Source: Isurus oxyrinchus (Eukaryota). Taken from it: a stretch of DNA of 64,000 nucleotides. Of the stretch, positions 15,401 through 30,400 are shown piece by piece. Numbering within the stretch: position 1 is the stretch's first letter; each line of letters starts with the position of its first letter. Location: NCBI GenBank assembly GCA_026770705.1, contig JANJGN010000010.1:89404001-89468000 (forward strand), given 5' to 3'. A program made the position numbers and the translations under genes. A model generated the notes under the pieces. That model was not told where the DNA came from. It saw only the letters and a list, made by a program, of their open reading frames with translations, and made no database searches.

Positions 15401-18400
15401 CTGAGCATTAGAAAGTTGCCCAATTTGTACGGACTTTCCAAACAGGCGAGACTTTTGCTGCAAATGCAGAATGAGAGTACGAACATTAAAGCTTGGACCT
15501 CGCTCGGTGATTCTCCATTGACACAATGTTGCTTTCCTCATTTCAGTGGGACACAGGGCAACAAGTAGAGCACAGCAAACTGTGCGGAAACATTTAGTAT
15601 CTTTAACCATTGTTGTGTGAATGTGAGTGTGTAATCTGGAATCATTATTTCAGATGTGCAGAGCATGAAGATATCCATTTCTCCAAGGCAGGCGTCTCTC
15701 GGTTGAAAACTTATGGAGATGTCAAATCACATTTTGAATACGACAGATGACAGATTTCAATACAAATAATCCTGGGAACAGATGCCTAATTATTCAGAAG
15801 AACATCCACTTTGTGTCCAAGAATATGAAGGAGAGGTCTGGAACTTCACATCAACAAACTGTGTCAATTATTGCATACACTCATGCTGGATATTAGACAT
15901 GAATGGCAGTAGTGTCTTGTGGCAAACGATTGTGCCAGATATTCAATAACTTATACACTTACCGGGTGATAATATTTGTCCACTGGCTGTACAGGAGCAT
16001 GTTGTTGTTTCTGTAGTAGTGGGAGTCACTGTTACTGTTGTTGTAGATTCTAGTGTAGTGCTGGGCGCTGTGGTGGTTTCACATTTTCCCGTGTACTTCA
16101 AAATTTCACAACTCTTAGTACATAGAGTGAAATTACAGAGCCCAGATTTACCTGCAGAACTGACTATAGCCTGGCCTGGAAGACAAAAGTCAGGAAAAGG
16201 TTTCAGGCATCCCCTTCCATTGATCCTTCTAATATTACGCTTACCAACAAAAATCAATATATAGCTGACAGAGCCTCATATTTTGACATTCAAGAGCAAA
16301 CACCAAAGCTGAAAGTTTAGAATAAAAGAAGATTCCACCTCTAGGTGAAAATCATGGATGTGGAAAATATGACGGCCAATATTAGAAGCTAAATATTTCA
16401 TGAGCTCCAATTGCAGGTCTAACTCTCCTCATTCCAGAATGTTAAATGATATTGCAATTGTTTGTGTTTGGTTTAAAAATGTGGACTGAACAATGTTGAT
16501 ACATGTTAAATGGGTTTCTAAAGAGCGAATTGGGGGCTGCAGAGAGCTTCTGTTTGAGCAAAACACAAAAGTGAGCAAAACTTAGAAATTTGGGGACAGT
16601 GTGAAAATTATGCCATTCGTTCAACCAATATAATATCTATGCCTGAATGAACAATCATATGGACATATTCAGTGCAGAACAATACACTGATAACTGATTG
16701 ACTAAATGAAGCAGTCAAAAGTGCTGATCATTAGAAAGTTGCCCAATTTGTACGGACTTTCCAAACAGGCGAGACTTTTTTCTGGAAATGCAGAATGAGA
16801 GTAAGAACATTAAAGCTTGGACCTCACTCGGTGTCTCTCCATTGACACCATGTTGTTTTCCTCAAGTCCAGGGAGACATAGAGCAACAAGTAGAGCACAG
16901 CAACCTGTGTGAACATTTAGTATCTTTAATCTTTGGTGTGTGAATGTGAATTTGAAATCTGGAATCATTATTTCAGATGTGCAAAGCATGAAGATGTCCA
17001 CTTCTCCAAGGGCTGATTCTCTCGGTTGAAAAATAATGGAGACGTCAAATCACATTTTGAATGGGACAGATGACAAATTTCAATACAAATAATCGTGGGA
17101 ACAGATGCCTAATTATTCAGAAGAACATCCACTTTGTGACCAAGAATATGAAGGAGAGGTCTGGAACTTCACATCAACAAACTGTCTCAATTATTGCATA
17201 CACTCATGCTGGATATTAGACATGATTGGCAGTAGTGTCTTGTGGCAAACGATTGTGCCAGATATTCAATAACTTATACACTTACCGGGTGATAATAATT
17301 GTCCATTGGCTGTACAGGAGCATGTTGTTGTTTCTGTAGTAGTGGGAGTCACTGTTACAGTTGTTGTAGATTCTAGTGTAGTGCTGGGCGCTGTGGTGGT
17401 TTCACATTTTCCCGTGTACTTCAAAATTTCACAACTCTTTGTACATAGAGTGAAATTACAGAGGCCAGATTCACCTGCAGAACTGACTATAGCCTGGCCT
17501 GGAAGACAAAAGTCAGGAAAAGGTTTCAGCCATCTCCTTCCATTCATCACTCTGAGATTACTCTTAGCAACAAAATTAAACATATAGCTGACAGAGCCTC
17601 ATATTTTGACATTTAAGAGCTGAGACCAACGCTGAATGTTTAGGATGAAAGAAGATTCCACCTCAAGGTTATAGGCATGGACGTGGAAAATATGACGGCC
17701 AATATTAGAAGCTAAATATTTCATGAGCTCCAATTGCAGGTCTAACAATCCTCTTTCCAGAATGTTAAATGATATTGCAATTGTTTGTGTTTGGTTTACA
17801 AATGTGGACTGAACAATGTTGATACACCTTAAATGGGTTTCTAAAGAGTAAATTGGGGGCTGTAGAAAGAGTCCGTTTGAGCAAAACACAAAAGTGAGCA
17901 AAACAGAGGAATTTGGGGACAGTGCGAAACTTGTGCCAACCGTACAACTGATATTATGTCTCTGCCTGAATGAACAATCATTTGGACATATTCAGTGCAG
18001 CACAAAACACTGATAAATGATTGACTTAAGGAAGCAATCAATAGCGCTGAGCGTTAGAAAATTGCCCAATTTGTGCAAACATTCCGAACAGCCGAGACAT
18101 TTGCTGGAAATGCCGAATGAGAGTGCGACCATTACTGATTGGACCTCACTTGGCGTCTCTCCTTTGACACAATGTTGATTTTCAAAATCCAGTGGGACAC
18201 AGGGCAACAAGTAGAGCACAGCAACCTGTGTGGAAACATTTAGTATCTTTAACCTTTGGTGTGTGAATGTGAATGTGAAATCTGGAATCATTGGTTCAGA
18301 TGTGCAGAGCATGAAGATGTCCATTTCTCCAAGGGCTGATTCTCTCGGTTGAATATTTATGGAGACGTCAAATCACATTTTGAATGAGACGGACGACAAA

Positions 18401-21400
18401 TTTCAATACAAATAATCCTGGGAACGGATGCCTAATTATTCACTAGAACATCGAATTTGTATCCAACAACGTGAAGGAGAGGTCTGGATCTTCACATCAA
18501 CAAACTGTGTCAATTATTGCATACAATCATGCTGGATATTAGACGTGATTGACTGTATTCTCTTGTGGCAAATGATTATGTCAGATATTTAATAATAGAT
18601 ACACTTACCGGGTGATAATATTTGTCCATTGGCTGTACAGGAGCATGTTGTTGTTTCTGTAGTAGTGGGAGTCACTATTACTGTTGTTGTAGATTCTAGT
18701 GTAGTGCTGGGCGCTGTGGTGGTTTCACATTTTCCCGTGTACTTCAAAATTTCACAACTCTTAGTACATAGAGTGAAATTACAGAGGCCGGATTTACCTG
18801 CAGAACTTACTATAGCCTGGCCTGGAAGACAAAAGTCAGGAAAAGGTTTCAGGCATCTCCTTCCATTCATCACTCTGATATTACGTTTACCAACAAAAAT
18901 CACTACATAGCTGACAGAGCCTCATATTTTGACATTTAAGAGCTAAGACCAACGCTGAAAGTTTAGAACGAAAGAAGATTCCACCTCAAGGTGAAAGTCA
19001 TGGATGTGGAAAATATAACGGCCAATATTAGAAGCTAAGTATTTCATGCGCCCCAATTACAGGTCTAACTCTCCTCATTCCAGAATGTTAAATGATATTG
19101 CAATTGTTTGTGGTGTGTTTAAAAATGTGGACTGAACAATGTTGATACATGTTAAATGGGTTTCTAAAGAGCGAATTGGGGGCTGCAGAGAGCTTCTGTT
19201 TGAGCAAAACACAAAAGTGAGCAAAACTTAGAAATTTGGGGACAGTGTGAAAATTATGCCATTCGTTCAACCAATATAATATCTCTGCCTGAACGAACAA
19301 TCATATGGACATATTCAGTGCAGAACAATACACTGATAACTGATTGACTAAATGAAGCAGTCAAAAGTGCTGATCATTAGAAAGTTGCCCAATTTGTACG
19401 GACTTTCCAAACAGGCGAGACTTTTTTCTGGAAATGCAGAATGAGAGTAAGAACATTAAAGCTTGGACCTCACTCGGTGTCTCTCCATTGACACCATGTT
19501 GTTTTCCTCAAGTCCAGGGAGACATAGAGCAACAAGTAGAGCACAGCAACCTGTGTGAACATTTAGTATCTTTAATCTTTGGTGTGTGAATGTGAATTTG
19601 AAATCTGGAATCATTATTTCAGATGTGCAAAGCATGAAGATGTCCACTTCTCCAAGGGCTGATTCTCTGGGTTGAAAAATAATGGAGACGTCAAATCACA
19701 TTTTGAATGGGACAGATGACAAATTTCAATACAAATAATCATGGGAACAGATGCCTAATTATTCAGAAGAACATCCACTTTGTGTCCAAGAATATGAAGG
19801 AGAGGTCTGGAACTTCACATGAACAAACTGTCTCAATTATTGCATACACTCATGCTGGATATTAGATATGATTGGCAGTAGTGTCTTGTGGCAAACGATT
19901 GTGCCAGATATTCAATAACTTATACACTTACCGGGTGATAATATTTGTCCATTGGCTGTACAGGAGCATGTTGTTGTTTCTGTACTAGTGGGAGTTACTG
20001 TTACTGTTGTTGTAGATTCTAGTGTAGTGCTGGGCGCTGTGGTGGTTTCACATTTTCCCGTGTACTTCAAAATTTCACAACTCTTAGTACATAGAGTGAA
20101 ATTACAGAGGCCGGATTTACCTGCAGAACTTACTATAGCCTGGCCTGGAAGACAAAAGTCAGGAAAAGGTTTCAGGCATCTCCTTCCATTCATCACTCTG
20201 ATATTACGTTTACCAACAAAAATCAATATATATCTGACAGAGCCTCATATTTTGACATTTAAGAGCTAGGACCAACGCTGAAAGTTTAGAACGAAAGAAG
20301 ATTCCACCTCTAGGTGAAAGTCATGGATGTGGAAAATATGACGGCCAATATTAGAAGCTAAGTACTTCATGCACCCCGATTACAGGTCTAACTCTCCTCA
20401 TTCCAGAATGTTAAATGATATTGCAATTGTTTGTGTTTGGTTTAAAAATGTGGACTGAACAATGTTGATACATGTGAAATGGGTTTCTAAAGAGCGAATT
20501 GGGGGCTGCAGAGAGCTTCTGTTTGAGCAAAACACAAAAGTGAGCAAAACTTAGAAATTTGGGGACAGTGTGAAAATTATGCCATTCGTTCAACCAATAT
20601 AATATCTCTGCCTGAACGAACAATCATATGGACATATTCAGTGCAGAACAATACACTGATAACTGATTGACTAAATGAAGCAGTCAAAAGTGCTGATCAT
20701 TAGAAAGTTGCCCAATTTGTACGGACTTTCCAAACAGGCGAGACTTTTTTCTGGAAATGCAGAATGAGAGTAAGAACATTAAAGCTTGGACCTCACTCGG
20801 TGTCTCTCCATTGACACCATGTTGTTTTCCTCAAGTCCAGGGAGACATAGAGCAACAAGTAGAGCACAGCAACCTGTGTGAACATTTAGTATCTTTAATC
20901 TTTGGTGTGTGAATGTGAATTTGAAATCTGGAATCATTATTTCAGATGTGCAAAGCATGAAGATGTCCACTTCTCCAAGGGCTGATTCTCTTGGTTGAAA
21001 AATAATGGAGACGTCAAATCACATTTTGAATGGGACAGATGACAAATTTCAATACAAATAATCATGGGAACAGATGCCTAATTATTCAGAAGAACATCCA
21101 CTTTGTGTCCAAGAATATGAAGGAGAGGTCTGGAACTTCACATGAACAAACTGTCTCAATTATTGCATACACTCATGCTGGATATTAGATATGATTGGCA
21201 GTAGTGTCTTGTGGCAAACGATTGTGCCAGATATTCAATAACTTATACACTTACCGGGTGATAATATTTGTCCATTGGCTGTACAGGAGCATGTTGTTGT
21301 TTCTGTACTAGTGGGAGTTACTGTTACTGTTGTTGTAGATTCTAGTGTAGTGCTGGGCGCTGTGGTGGTTTCACATTTTCCCGTGTACTTCAAAATTTCA

Positions 21401-24400
21401 CAACTCTTAGTACATAGAGTGAAATTACAGAGGCCGGATTTACCTGCAGAACTTACTATAGCCTGGCCTGGAAGACAAAAGTCAGGAAAAGGTTTCAGGC
21501 ATCTCCTTCCATTCATCACTCTGATATTACGTTTACCAACAAAAATCAATATATATCTGACAGAGCCTCATATTTTGACATTTAAGAGCTAGGACCAACG
21601 CTGAAAGTTTAGAACGAAAGAAGATTCCACCTCTAGGTGAAAGTCATGGATGTGGAAAATATGACGGCCAATATTAGAAGCTAAGTACTTCATGCGCCCC
21701 GATTACAGGTCTAACTCTCCTCATTCCAGAATGTTAAATGATATTGCAATTGTTTGTGGTTGGTTCACAAATGTGGACTGAACAATGTTGATACCCCTTA
21801 AATGGGTTTCTAAAGAGTAAATTGGGGGCTGTAGAAAGAGTCCGTTTGAGCAAAACACAAAAGTGAGCAAAACAGAGGAATTTGGGGACAGTGCGAAACT
21901 TGTGCCAACCGTACAACTGATATTATGTCTCTGCCTGAATGAACAATCATTTGGACATATTCAGTGCAGCACAAAACACTGATAACTGATTGACTTAAGG
22001 AAGCAATCAATAGCGCTGAGCGTTAGAAAATTGCCCAATTTGTGCAAACATTCCGAACAGCCGAGACATTTGCTGGAAATGCCGAATGAGAGTGCGACCT
22101 TTACTGATTGGACCTCACTTGGCGTCTCTCCTTTGACACAATGTTGATTTTCAAAATCCAGTGGGACACAGGGCAACAAGTAGAGCACAGCAACCTGTGT
22201 GGAAACATTTAGTATCTTTAACCTTTGGTGTGTGAATGTGAATGTGAAATCTGGAATCATTGGTTCAGATGTGCAGAGCATGAAGATGTCCATTTCTCCA
22301 AGGGCTGATTCTCTCGGTTGAATATTTATGGAGACGTCAAATCACATTTTGAATGAGACGGACGACAAATTTCAATACAAATAATCCTGGGAACGGATGC
22401 CTAATTATTCACTAGAACATCGAATTTGTATCCAACAACGTGAAGGAGAGGTCTGGAACTTCACATCAACAAACTGTGTCAATTATTGCATACAATCATG
22501 CTGGATATTAGACGTGATTGACTGTATTCTCTTGTGGCAAATGATTATGTCAGATATTTAATAATAGATACACTTACCGGGTGATAATATTTGTCCATTG
22601 GCTGTACAGGAGCATGTTGTTGTTTCTGTAGTAGTGGGAGTCACTGTAACTGTTGTTGTAGATTCTAGTGTAGTGCTGGGCGCTGTGGTGGTTTGACATT
22701 TTCCCGTGTACTTCAAAATTTCACAACTCTTAGTACATAGAGTGAAATTACAGAGGCCGGATTTACCTGCAGAACTTACTATAGCCTGCCCTGGAAGAGA
22801 AATATCAGGAGAAGGTTTCAGTCATCTCATACCATTCTTCACTCAGATAACATGTTTACCTCTAGAAAAATGTATGGAGCTGACCAGTCTGGCATTAAGA
22901 CAATTAAATGCTAAGAACAAGGCTAAATTTTTACAATGAAAGAAGATTCCAAAGTTAAACTATCAACATGAGCAGCTAAATATTTCCTCAGCTCCGATCG
23001 CACGCATAAACCTCCTCGTTTGGAAAGTTAAATTTTTCTGCTGCTGTTGTGTTTGGTTTACAAAATGGGACAGAACAATGTTGAAACAGGTTAACTGGGT
23101 TTGTAAAGAGCAAATTGGATGCTGTAGAACGAGTCTACTGGTTGAAAATACTAAATTGAGCAAATCAGAAATTTGGGGACAGTGTTAAACTTTTTCCATC
23201 CGTACAACCAATATAATGTCTCTGCCTGAACGAACAATCATACGGACATATTCAGTGCAGCACAAAACTCTGATAACTGACTGACTAAATGAAGCAGTCA
23301 AAAGTGCTGAGCATTAGAAAGTTGCCCAATTTGTACGGACTTTCCAAACAGGCGAGACTTTTGCTGCAAATGCAGAATGAGAGTACGAACATTAAAGCTT
23401 GGACCTCGCTCGGTGATTCTCCATTGACACAATGTTGCTTTCCTCATTTCAGTGGGACACAGGGCAACAAGTAGAGCACAGCAACCTGTGCGGAAACATT
23501 TAGTATCTTTAACCATTGTTGTGTGAATGTGAATTTGAAATCTGGAATCATTATTTCAGATGTGCAAAGCATGAAGATGTCCACTTCTCCAAGGGCTGAT
23601 TCTCTTGGTTGAAAAATAATGGAGACGTCAAATCACATTTTGAATGGGACAGATGACAAATTTCAATACAAATAATCATGGGAACAGATGCCTAATTATT
23701 CAGAAGAACATCCACTTTGTGTCCAAGAATATGAAGGAGAGGTCTGGAACTTCACATGAACAAACTGTCTCAATTATTGCATACACTCATGCTGGATATT
23801 AGACATGATTGGCAGTAGTGTCTTGTGGCAAACGATTGTGCCAGATATTCAATAACTTATACACTTACCGGGTGATAATATTTGTCCATTGGCTGTACAG
23901 GAGCATGTTGTTGTTTCTGTACTAGTGGGAGTTACTGTTACTGTTGTTGTAGATTCTAGTGTAGTGCTGGGCGCTGTGGTGGTTTCACATTTTCCCGTGT
24001 ACTTCAAAATTTCACAACTCTTAGTACATAGAGTGAAATTACAGAGCCCAGATTTACCTGCAGAACTTACTATAGCCTGGCCTGGAAGACAAAAGTCAGG
24101 AAAAGGTTTCAGGCATCTCCTTCCATTCATCACTCTGATATTACGTTTACCAACAAAAATCAATATATAGCTGACAGAGCCTCATATTTTGACATTTAAG
24201 AGCTAGGACCAACGCTGAAAGTTTAGAATAAAAGAAGATTCCACCTCTAGGTGAAAATCATGGATGTGGAAAATATGACGGCCAATATTAGAAGCTAAGT
24301 ACTTCATGCACCCCGATTACAGGTCTAACTCTCCTCATTCCAGAATGTTAAATGATATTGCAATTGTTTGTGGTTGGTTCAAAAATGTGGACTGAACAAT

Positions 24401-27400
24401 GTTGATACATGTTAAATGGGTTTCTAAAGAGCGAATTGGGGGCTGCAGAGAGCTTCTGTTTGAGCAAAACACAAAAGTGAGCAAAACTTAGAAATTTGGG
24501 GACAGTGTGAAAATTATGCCATTCGTTCAACCAATATAATATCTCTGCCTGAACGAACAATCATATGGACATATTCAGTGCAGAACAATACACTGATAAC
24601 TGATTGACTAAATGAAGCAGTCAAAAGTGCTGATCATTAGAAAGTTGCCCAATTTGTACGGACTTTCCAAACAGGCGAGACTTTTTTCTGGAAATGCAGC
24701 ATGAGAGTAAGAACATTAAAGCTTGGACCTCACTCGGTGTCTCTCCATTGACACCATGTTGTTTTCCTCAAGTCCAGGGAGACATAGAGCAACAAGTAGA
24801 GCACAGCAACCTGTGTGAACATTTAGTATCTTTAATCTTTGGTGTGTGAATGTGAATTTGAAATCTGGAATCATTATTTCAGATGTGCAAAGCATGAAGA
24901 TGTCCACTTCTCCAAGGGCTGATTCTCTCGGTTGAAAAATAATGGAGACGTCAAATCACATTTTGAATGGGACAGATGACAAATTTCAATACAAATAATC
25001 GTGGGAACAGATGCCTAATTATTCAGAAGAACATCCACTTTGTGTCCAAGAATGTGAAGGAGAGGTCTGGAACTTCACATGAACAAACTGTCTCAATTAT
25101 TGCATACACTCATGCTGGATATTAGACATGATTGGCAGTAGTGTCTTGTGGCAAACGATTGTGCCAGATATTCAATAACTTATACACTTACCGGGTGATA
25201 ATATTTGTCCATTGGCTGTACAGGAGCATGTTGTTGTTTCTGTACTAGTGGGAGTTACTGTTACTGTTGTTGTAGATTCTAGTGTAGTGCTGGGCGCTGT
25301 GGTGGTTTCACATTTTCCCGTGTACTTCAAAATTTCACAACTCTTAGTACATAGAGTGAAATTACAGAGGCCGGATTTACCTGCAGAACTGACTATAGCC
25401 TGGCCTGGAAGACAAAAGTCAGGAAAAGGTTTCAGGCATCTCATTCCATTCTTCACTCTGATATTACGTTTACCAACAAAAATCAATATATATCTGACAG
25501 AGCCTCATATTTTGACATTTAAGAGCTAGGACCAACGCTGAAAGTTTAGAACGAAAGAAGATTCCACCTCAAGGTGAAAGTCATGGATGTGGAAAATATA
25601 ACGGCCAATATTAGAAGCTAAGTATTTCATGCGCCCCAATAACAGGTTTAACTCTCCTCATTCCAGAATGTTAAATGATATTGCAATTGTTTGTGGTTGG
25701 TTCACAAATGTGGACTGAACAATGTTGATACACCTTAAATGGGTTTCTAAAGAGTAAATTGGGGGCTGTAGAAAGAGTCCGTTTGAGCAAAACACAAAAG
25801 TGAGCAAAACAGAGGAATTTGGGGACAGTGCGAAACTTGTGCCAACCGTACAACTGATATTATGTCTCTGCCTGAATGAACAATCATTTGGACATATTCA
25901 GTGCAGCACAAAACACTGATAACTGATTGACTTAAGGAAGCAATCAATAGCGCTGAGCGTTAGAAAATTGCCCAATTTGTGCAAACATTCCGAACAGCCG
26001 AGACATTTGCTGGAAATGCCGAATGAGAGTGCGACCTTTACTGATTGGACCTCACTTGGCGTCTCTCCTTTGACACAATGTTGATTTTCAAAATCCAGTG
26101 GGACACAGGGCAACAAGTAGAGCACAGCAACCTGTGTGGAAACATTTAGTATCTTTAACCTTTGGTGTGTGAATGTGAATGTGAAATCTGGAATCATTGG
26201 TTCAGATGTGCAGAGCATGAAGATGTCCATTTCTCCAAGGGCTGATTCTCTCGGTTGAATATTTATGGAGACGTCAAATCACATTTTGAATGAGACGGAC
26301 GACAAATTTCAATACAAATAATCCTGGGAACGGATGCCTAATTATTCACTAGAACATCGAATTTGTATCCAACAACGTGAAGGAGAGGTCTGGAACTTCA
26401 CATCAACAAACTGTGTCAATTATTGCATACAATCATGCTGGATATTAGACGTGATTGACTGTATTCTCTTGTGGCAAATGATTATGTCAGATATTTAATA
26501 ATAGATACACTTACCGGGTGATAATATTTGTCCATTGGCTGTACAGGAGCATGTTGTTGTTTCTGTAGTAGTGGGAGTCACTGTAACTGTTGTTGTAGAT
26601 TCTAGTGTAGTGCTGGGCGCTGTGGTGGTTTGACATTTTCCCGTGTACTTCAAAATTTCACAACTCTTAGTACATAGAGTGAAATTACAGAGGCCGGATT
26701 TACCTGCAGAACTTACTATAGCCTGCCCTGGAAGAGAAATATCAGGAGAAGGTTTCAGTCATCTCATACCATTCTTCACTCAGATAACATGTTTACCTCT
26801 AGAAAAATGTATGGAGCTGACCAGTCTGGCATTAAGACAATTAAATGCTAAGAACAAGGCTAAATTTTTACAATGAAAGAAGATTCCAAAGTTAAACTAT
26901 CAACATGAGCAGCTAAATATTTCCTCAGCTCCGATCGCACGCATAAACCTCCTCGTTTGGAAAGTTAAATTTTTCTGCTGCTGTTGTGTTTGGTTTACAA
27001 AATGGGACAGAACAATGTTGAAACAGGTTAACTGGGTTTGTAAAGAGCAAATTGGATGCTGTAGAACGAGTCTACTGGTTGAAAATACTAAATTGAGCAA
27101 ATCAGAAATTTGGGGACAGTGTTAAACTTTTTCCATCCGTACAACCAATATAATGTCTCTGCCTGAACGAACAATCATACGGACATATTCAGTGCAGCAC
27201 AAAACTCTGATAACTGACTGACTAAATGAAGCAGTCAAAAGTGCTGAGCATTAGAAAGTTGCCCAATTTGTACGGACTTTCCAAACAGGCGAGACTTTTG
27301 CTGCAAATGCAGAATGAGAGTACGAACATTAAAGCTTGGACCTCGCTCGGTGATTCTCCATTGACACAATGTTGCTTTCCTCATTTCAGTGGGACACAGG

Positions 27401-30400
27401 GCAACAAGTAGAGCACAGCAACCTGTGCGGAAACATTTAGTATCTTTAACCATTGTTGTGTGAATGTGAATTTGAAATCTGGAATCATTATTTCAGATGT
27501 GCAAAGCATGAAGATGTCCACTTCTCCAAGGGCTGATTCTCTTGGTTGAAAAATAATGGAGACGTCAAATCACATTTTGAATGGGACAGATGACAAATTT
27601 CAATACAAATAATCATGGGAACAGATGCCTAATTATTCAGAAGAACATCCACTTTGTGTCCAAGAATATGAAGGAGAGGTCTGGAACTTCACATCAACAA
27701 ACTGTCTCAATTATTGCATACACTCATGCTGGATATTAGACATGATTGGCAGTAGTGTCTTGTGGGAAACGATTGTGCCAGATATTCAATAACTTATACA
27801 CTTACCGGGTGATAATATTTGTCCATTGGCTGTACAGGAGCATGTTGTTGTTTCTGTACTAGTGGGAGTTACTGTTACTGTTGTTGTAGATTCTAGTGTA
27901 GTGCTGGGCGCTGTGGTGGTTTCACATTTTCCCGTGTACTTCAAAATTTCACAACTCTTAGTACATAGAGTGAAATTACAGAGCCCAGATTTACCTGCAG
28001 AACTTACTATAGCCTGGCCTGGAAGACAAAAGTCAGGAAAAGGTTTCAGGCATCTCCTTCCATTCATCACTCTGATATTACGTTTACCAACAAAAATCAA
28101 TATATAGCTGACAGAGCCTCATATTTTGACATTTAAGAGCTAACACCAACGCTGAAAGTTTAGAATAAAAGAAGATTCCACCTCAAGGTGAAAGTCATGG
28201 ATGTGGAAAATATGACGGCCAATATTAGAAGCTAAGTACTTCATGCACCCCGATTACAGGTCTAACTCTCCTCATTCCAGAATGTTAAATGATATTGCAA
28301 TTGTTTGTGGTTGGTTCAAAAATGTGGACTGAACAATGTTGATACATGTTAAATGGGTTTCTAAAGAGCGAATTGGGGGCTGCAGAGAGCTTCTGTTTGA
28401 GCAAAACACAAAAGTGAGCAAAACTTAGAAATTTGGGGACAGTGTGAAAATTATGCCATTCGTTCAACCAATATAATATCTCTGCCTGAACGAACAATCA
28501 TATGGACATATTCAGTGCAGAACAATACACTGATAACTGATTGACTAAATGAAGCAGTCAAAAGTGCTGATCATTAGAAAGTTGCCCAATTTGTACGGAC
28601 TTTCCAAACAGGCGAGACTTTTTTCTGGAAATGCAGAATGAGAGTAAGAACATTAAAGCTTGGACCTCACTCGGTGTCTCTCCATTGACACCATGTTGTT
28701 TTCCTCAAGTCCAGGGAGACATAGAGCAACAAGTAGAGCACAGCAACCTGTGTGAACATTTAGTATCTTTAATCTTTGGTGTGTGAATGTGAATTTGAAA
28801 TCTGGAATCATTATTTCAGATGTGCAAAGCATGAAGATGTCCACTTCTCCAAGGGCTGATTCTCTTGGTTGAAAAATAATGGAGACGTCAAATCACATTT
28901 TGAATGGGACAGATGACAAATTTCAATACAAATAATCATGGGAACAGATGCCTAATTATTCAGAAGAACATCCACTTTGTGTCCAAGAATATGAAGGAGA
29001 GGTCTGGAACTTCACATGAACAAACTGTCTCAATTATTGCATACACTCATGCTGGATATTAGATATGATTGGCAGTAGTGTCTTGTGGCAAACGATTGTG
29101 CCAGATATTCAATAACTTATACACTTACCGGGTGATAATATTTGTCCATTGGCTGTACAGGAGCATGTTGTTGTTTCTGTACTAGTGGGAGTTACTGTTA
29201 CTGTTGTTGTAGATTCTAGTGTAGTGCTGGGCGCTGTGGTGGTTTCACATTTTCCCGTGTACTTCAAAATTTCACAACTCTTAGTACATAGAGTGAAATT
29301 ACAGAGGCCGGATTTACCTGCAGAACTTACTATAGCCTGGCCTGGAAGACAAAAGTCAGGAAAAGGTTTCAGGCATCTCCTTCCATTCATCACTCTGATA
29401 TTACGTTTACCAACAAAAATCAATATATATCTGACAGAGCCTCATATTTTGACATTTAAGAGCTAGGACCAACGCTGAAAGTTTAGAACGAAAGAAGATT
29501 CCACCTCTAGGTGAAAGTCATGGATGTGGAAAATATGACGGCCAATATTAGAAGCTAAGTACTTCATGCGCCCCGATTACAGGTCTAACTCTCCTCATTC
29601 CAGAATGTTAAATGATATTGCAATTGTTTGTGTTTGGTTTACAAATGTGGACTGAACAATGTTGATACACCTTAAATGGGTTTCTAAAGAGTAAATTGGG
29701 GGCTGTAGAAAGAGTCCGTTTGAGCAAAACACAAAAGTGAGCAAAACAGAGGAATTTGGGGACAGTGCGAAACTTGTGCCAACCGTACAACTGATATTAT
29801 GTCTCTGCCTGAATGAACAATCATTTGGACATATTCAGTGCAGCACAAAACACTGATAACTGATTGACTTAAGGAAGCAATCAATAGCGCTGAGCGTTAG
29901 AAAATTGCCCAATTTGTGCAAACATTCCGAACAGCCGAGACATTTGCTGGAAATGCCGAATGAGAGTGCGACCTTTACTGATTGGACCTCACTTGGCGTC
30001 TCTCCTTTGACACAATGTTGATTTTCAAAATCCAGTGGGACACAGGGCAACAAGTAGAGCACAGCAACCTGTGTGGAAACATTTAGTATCTTTAACCTTT
30101 GGTGTGTGAATGTGAATGTGAAATCTGGAATCATTGGTTCAGATGTGCAGAGCATGAAGATGTCCATTTCTCCAAGGGCTGATTCTCTCGGTTGAATATT
30201 TATGGAGACGTCAAATCACATTTTGAATGAGACGGACGACAAATTTCAATACAAATAATCCTGGGAACGGATGCCTAATTATTCACTAGAACATCGAATT
30301 TGTATCCAACAACGTGAAGGAGAGGTCTGGAACTTCACATCAACAAACTGTGTCAATTATTGCATACAATCATGCTGGATATTAGACGTGATTGACTGTA

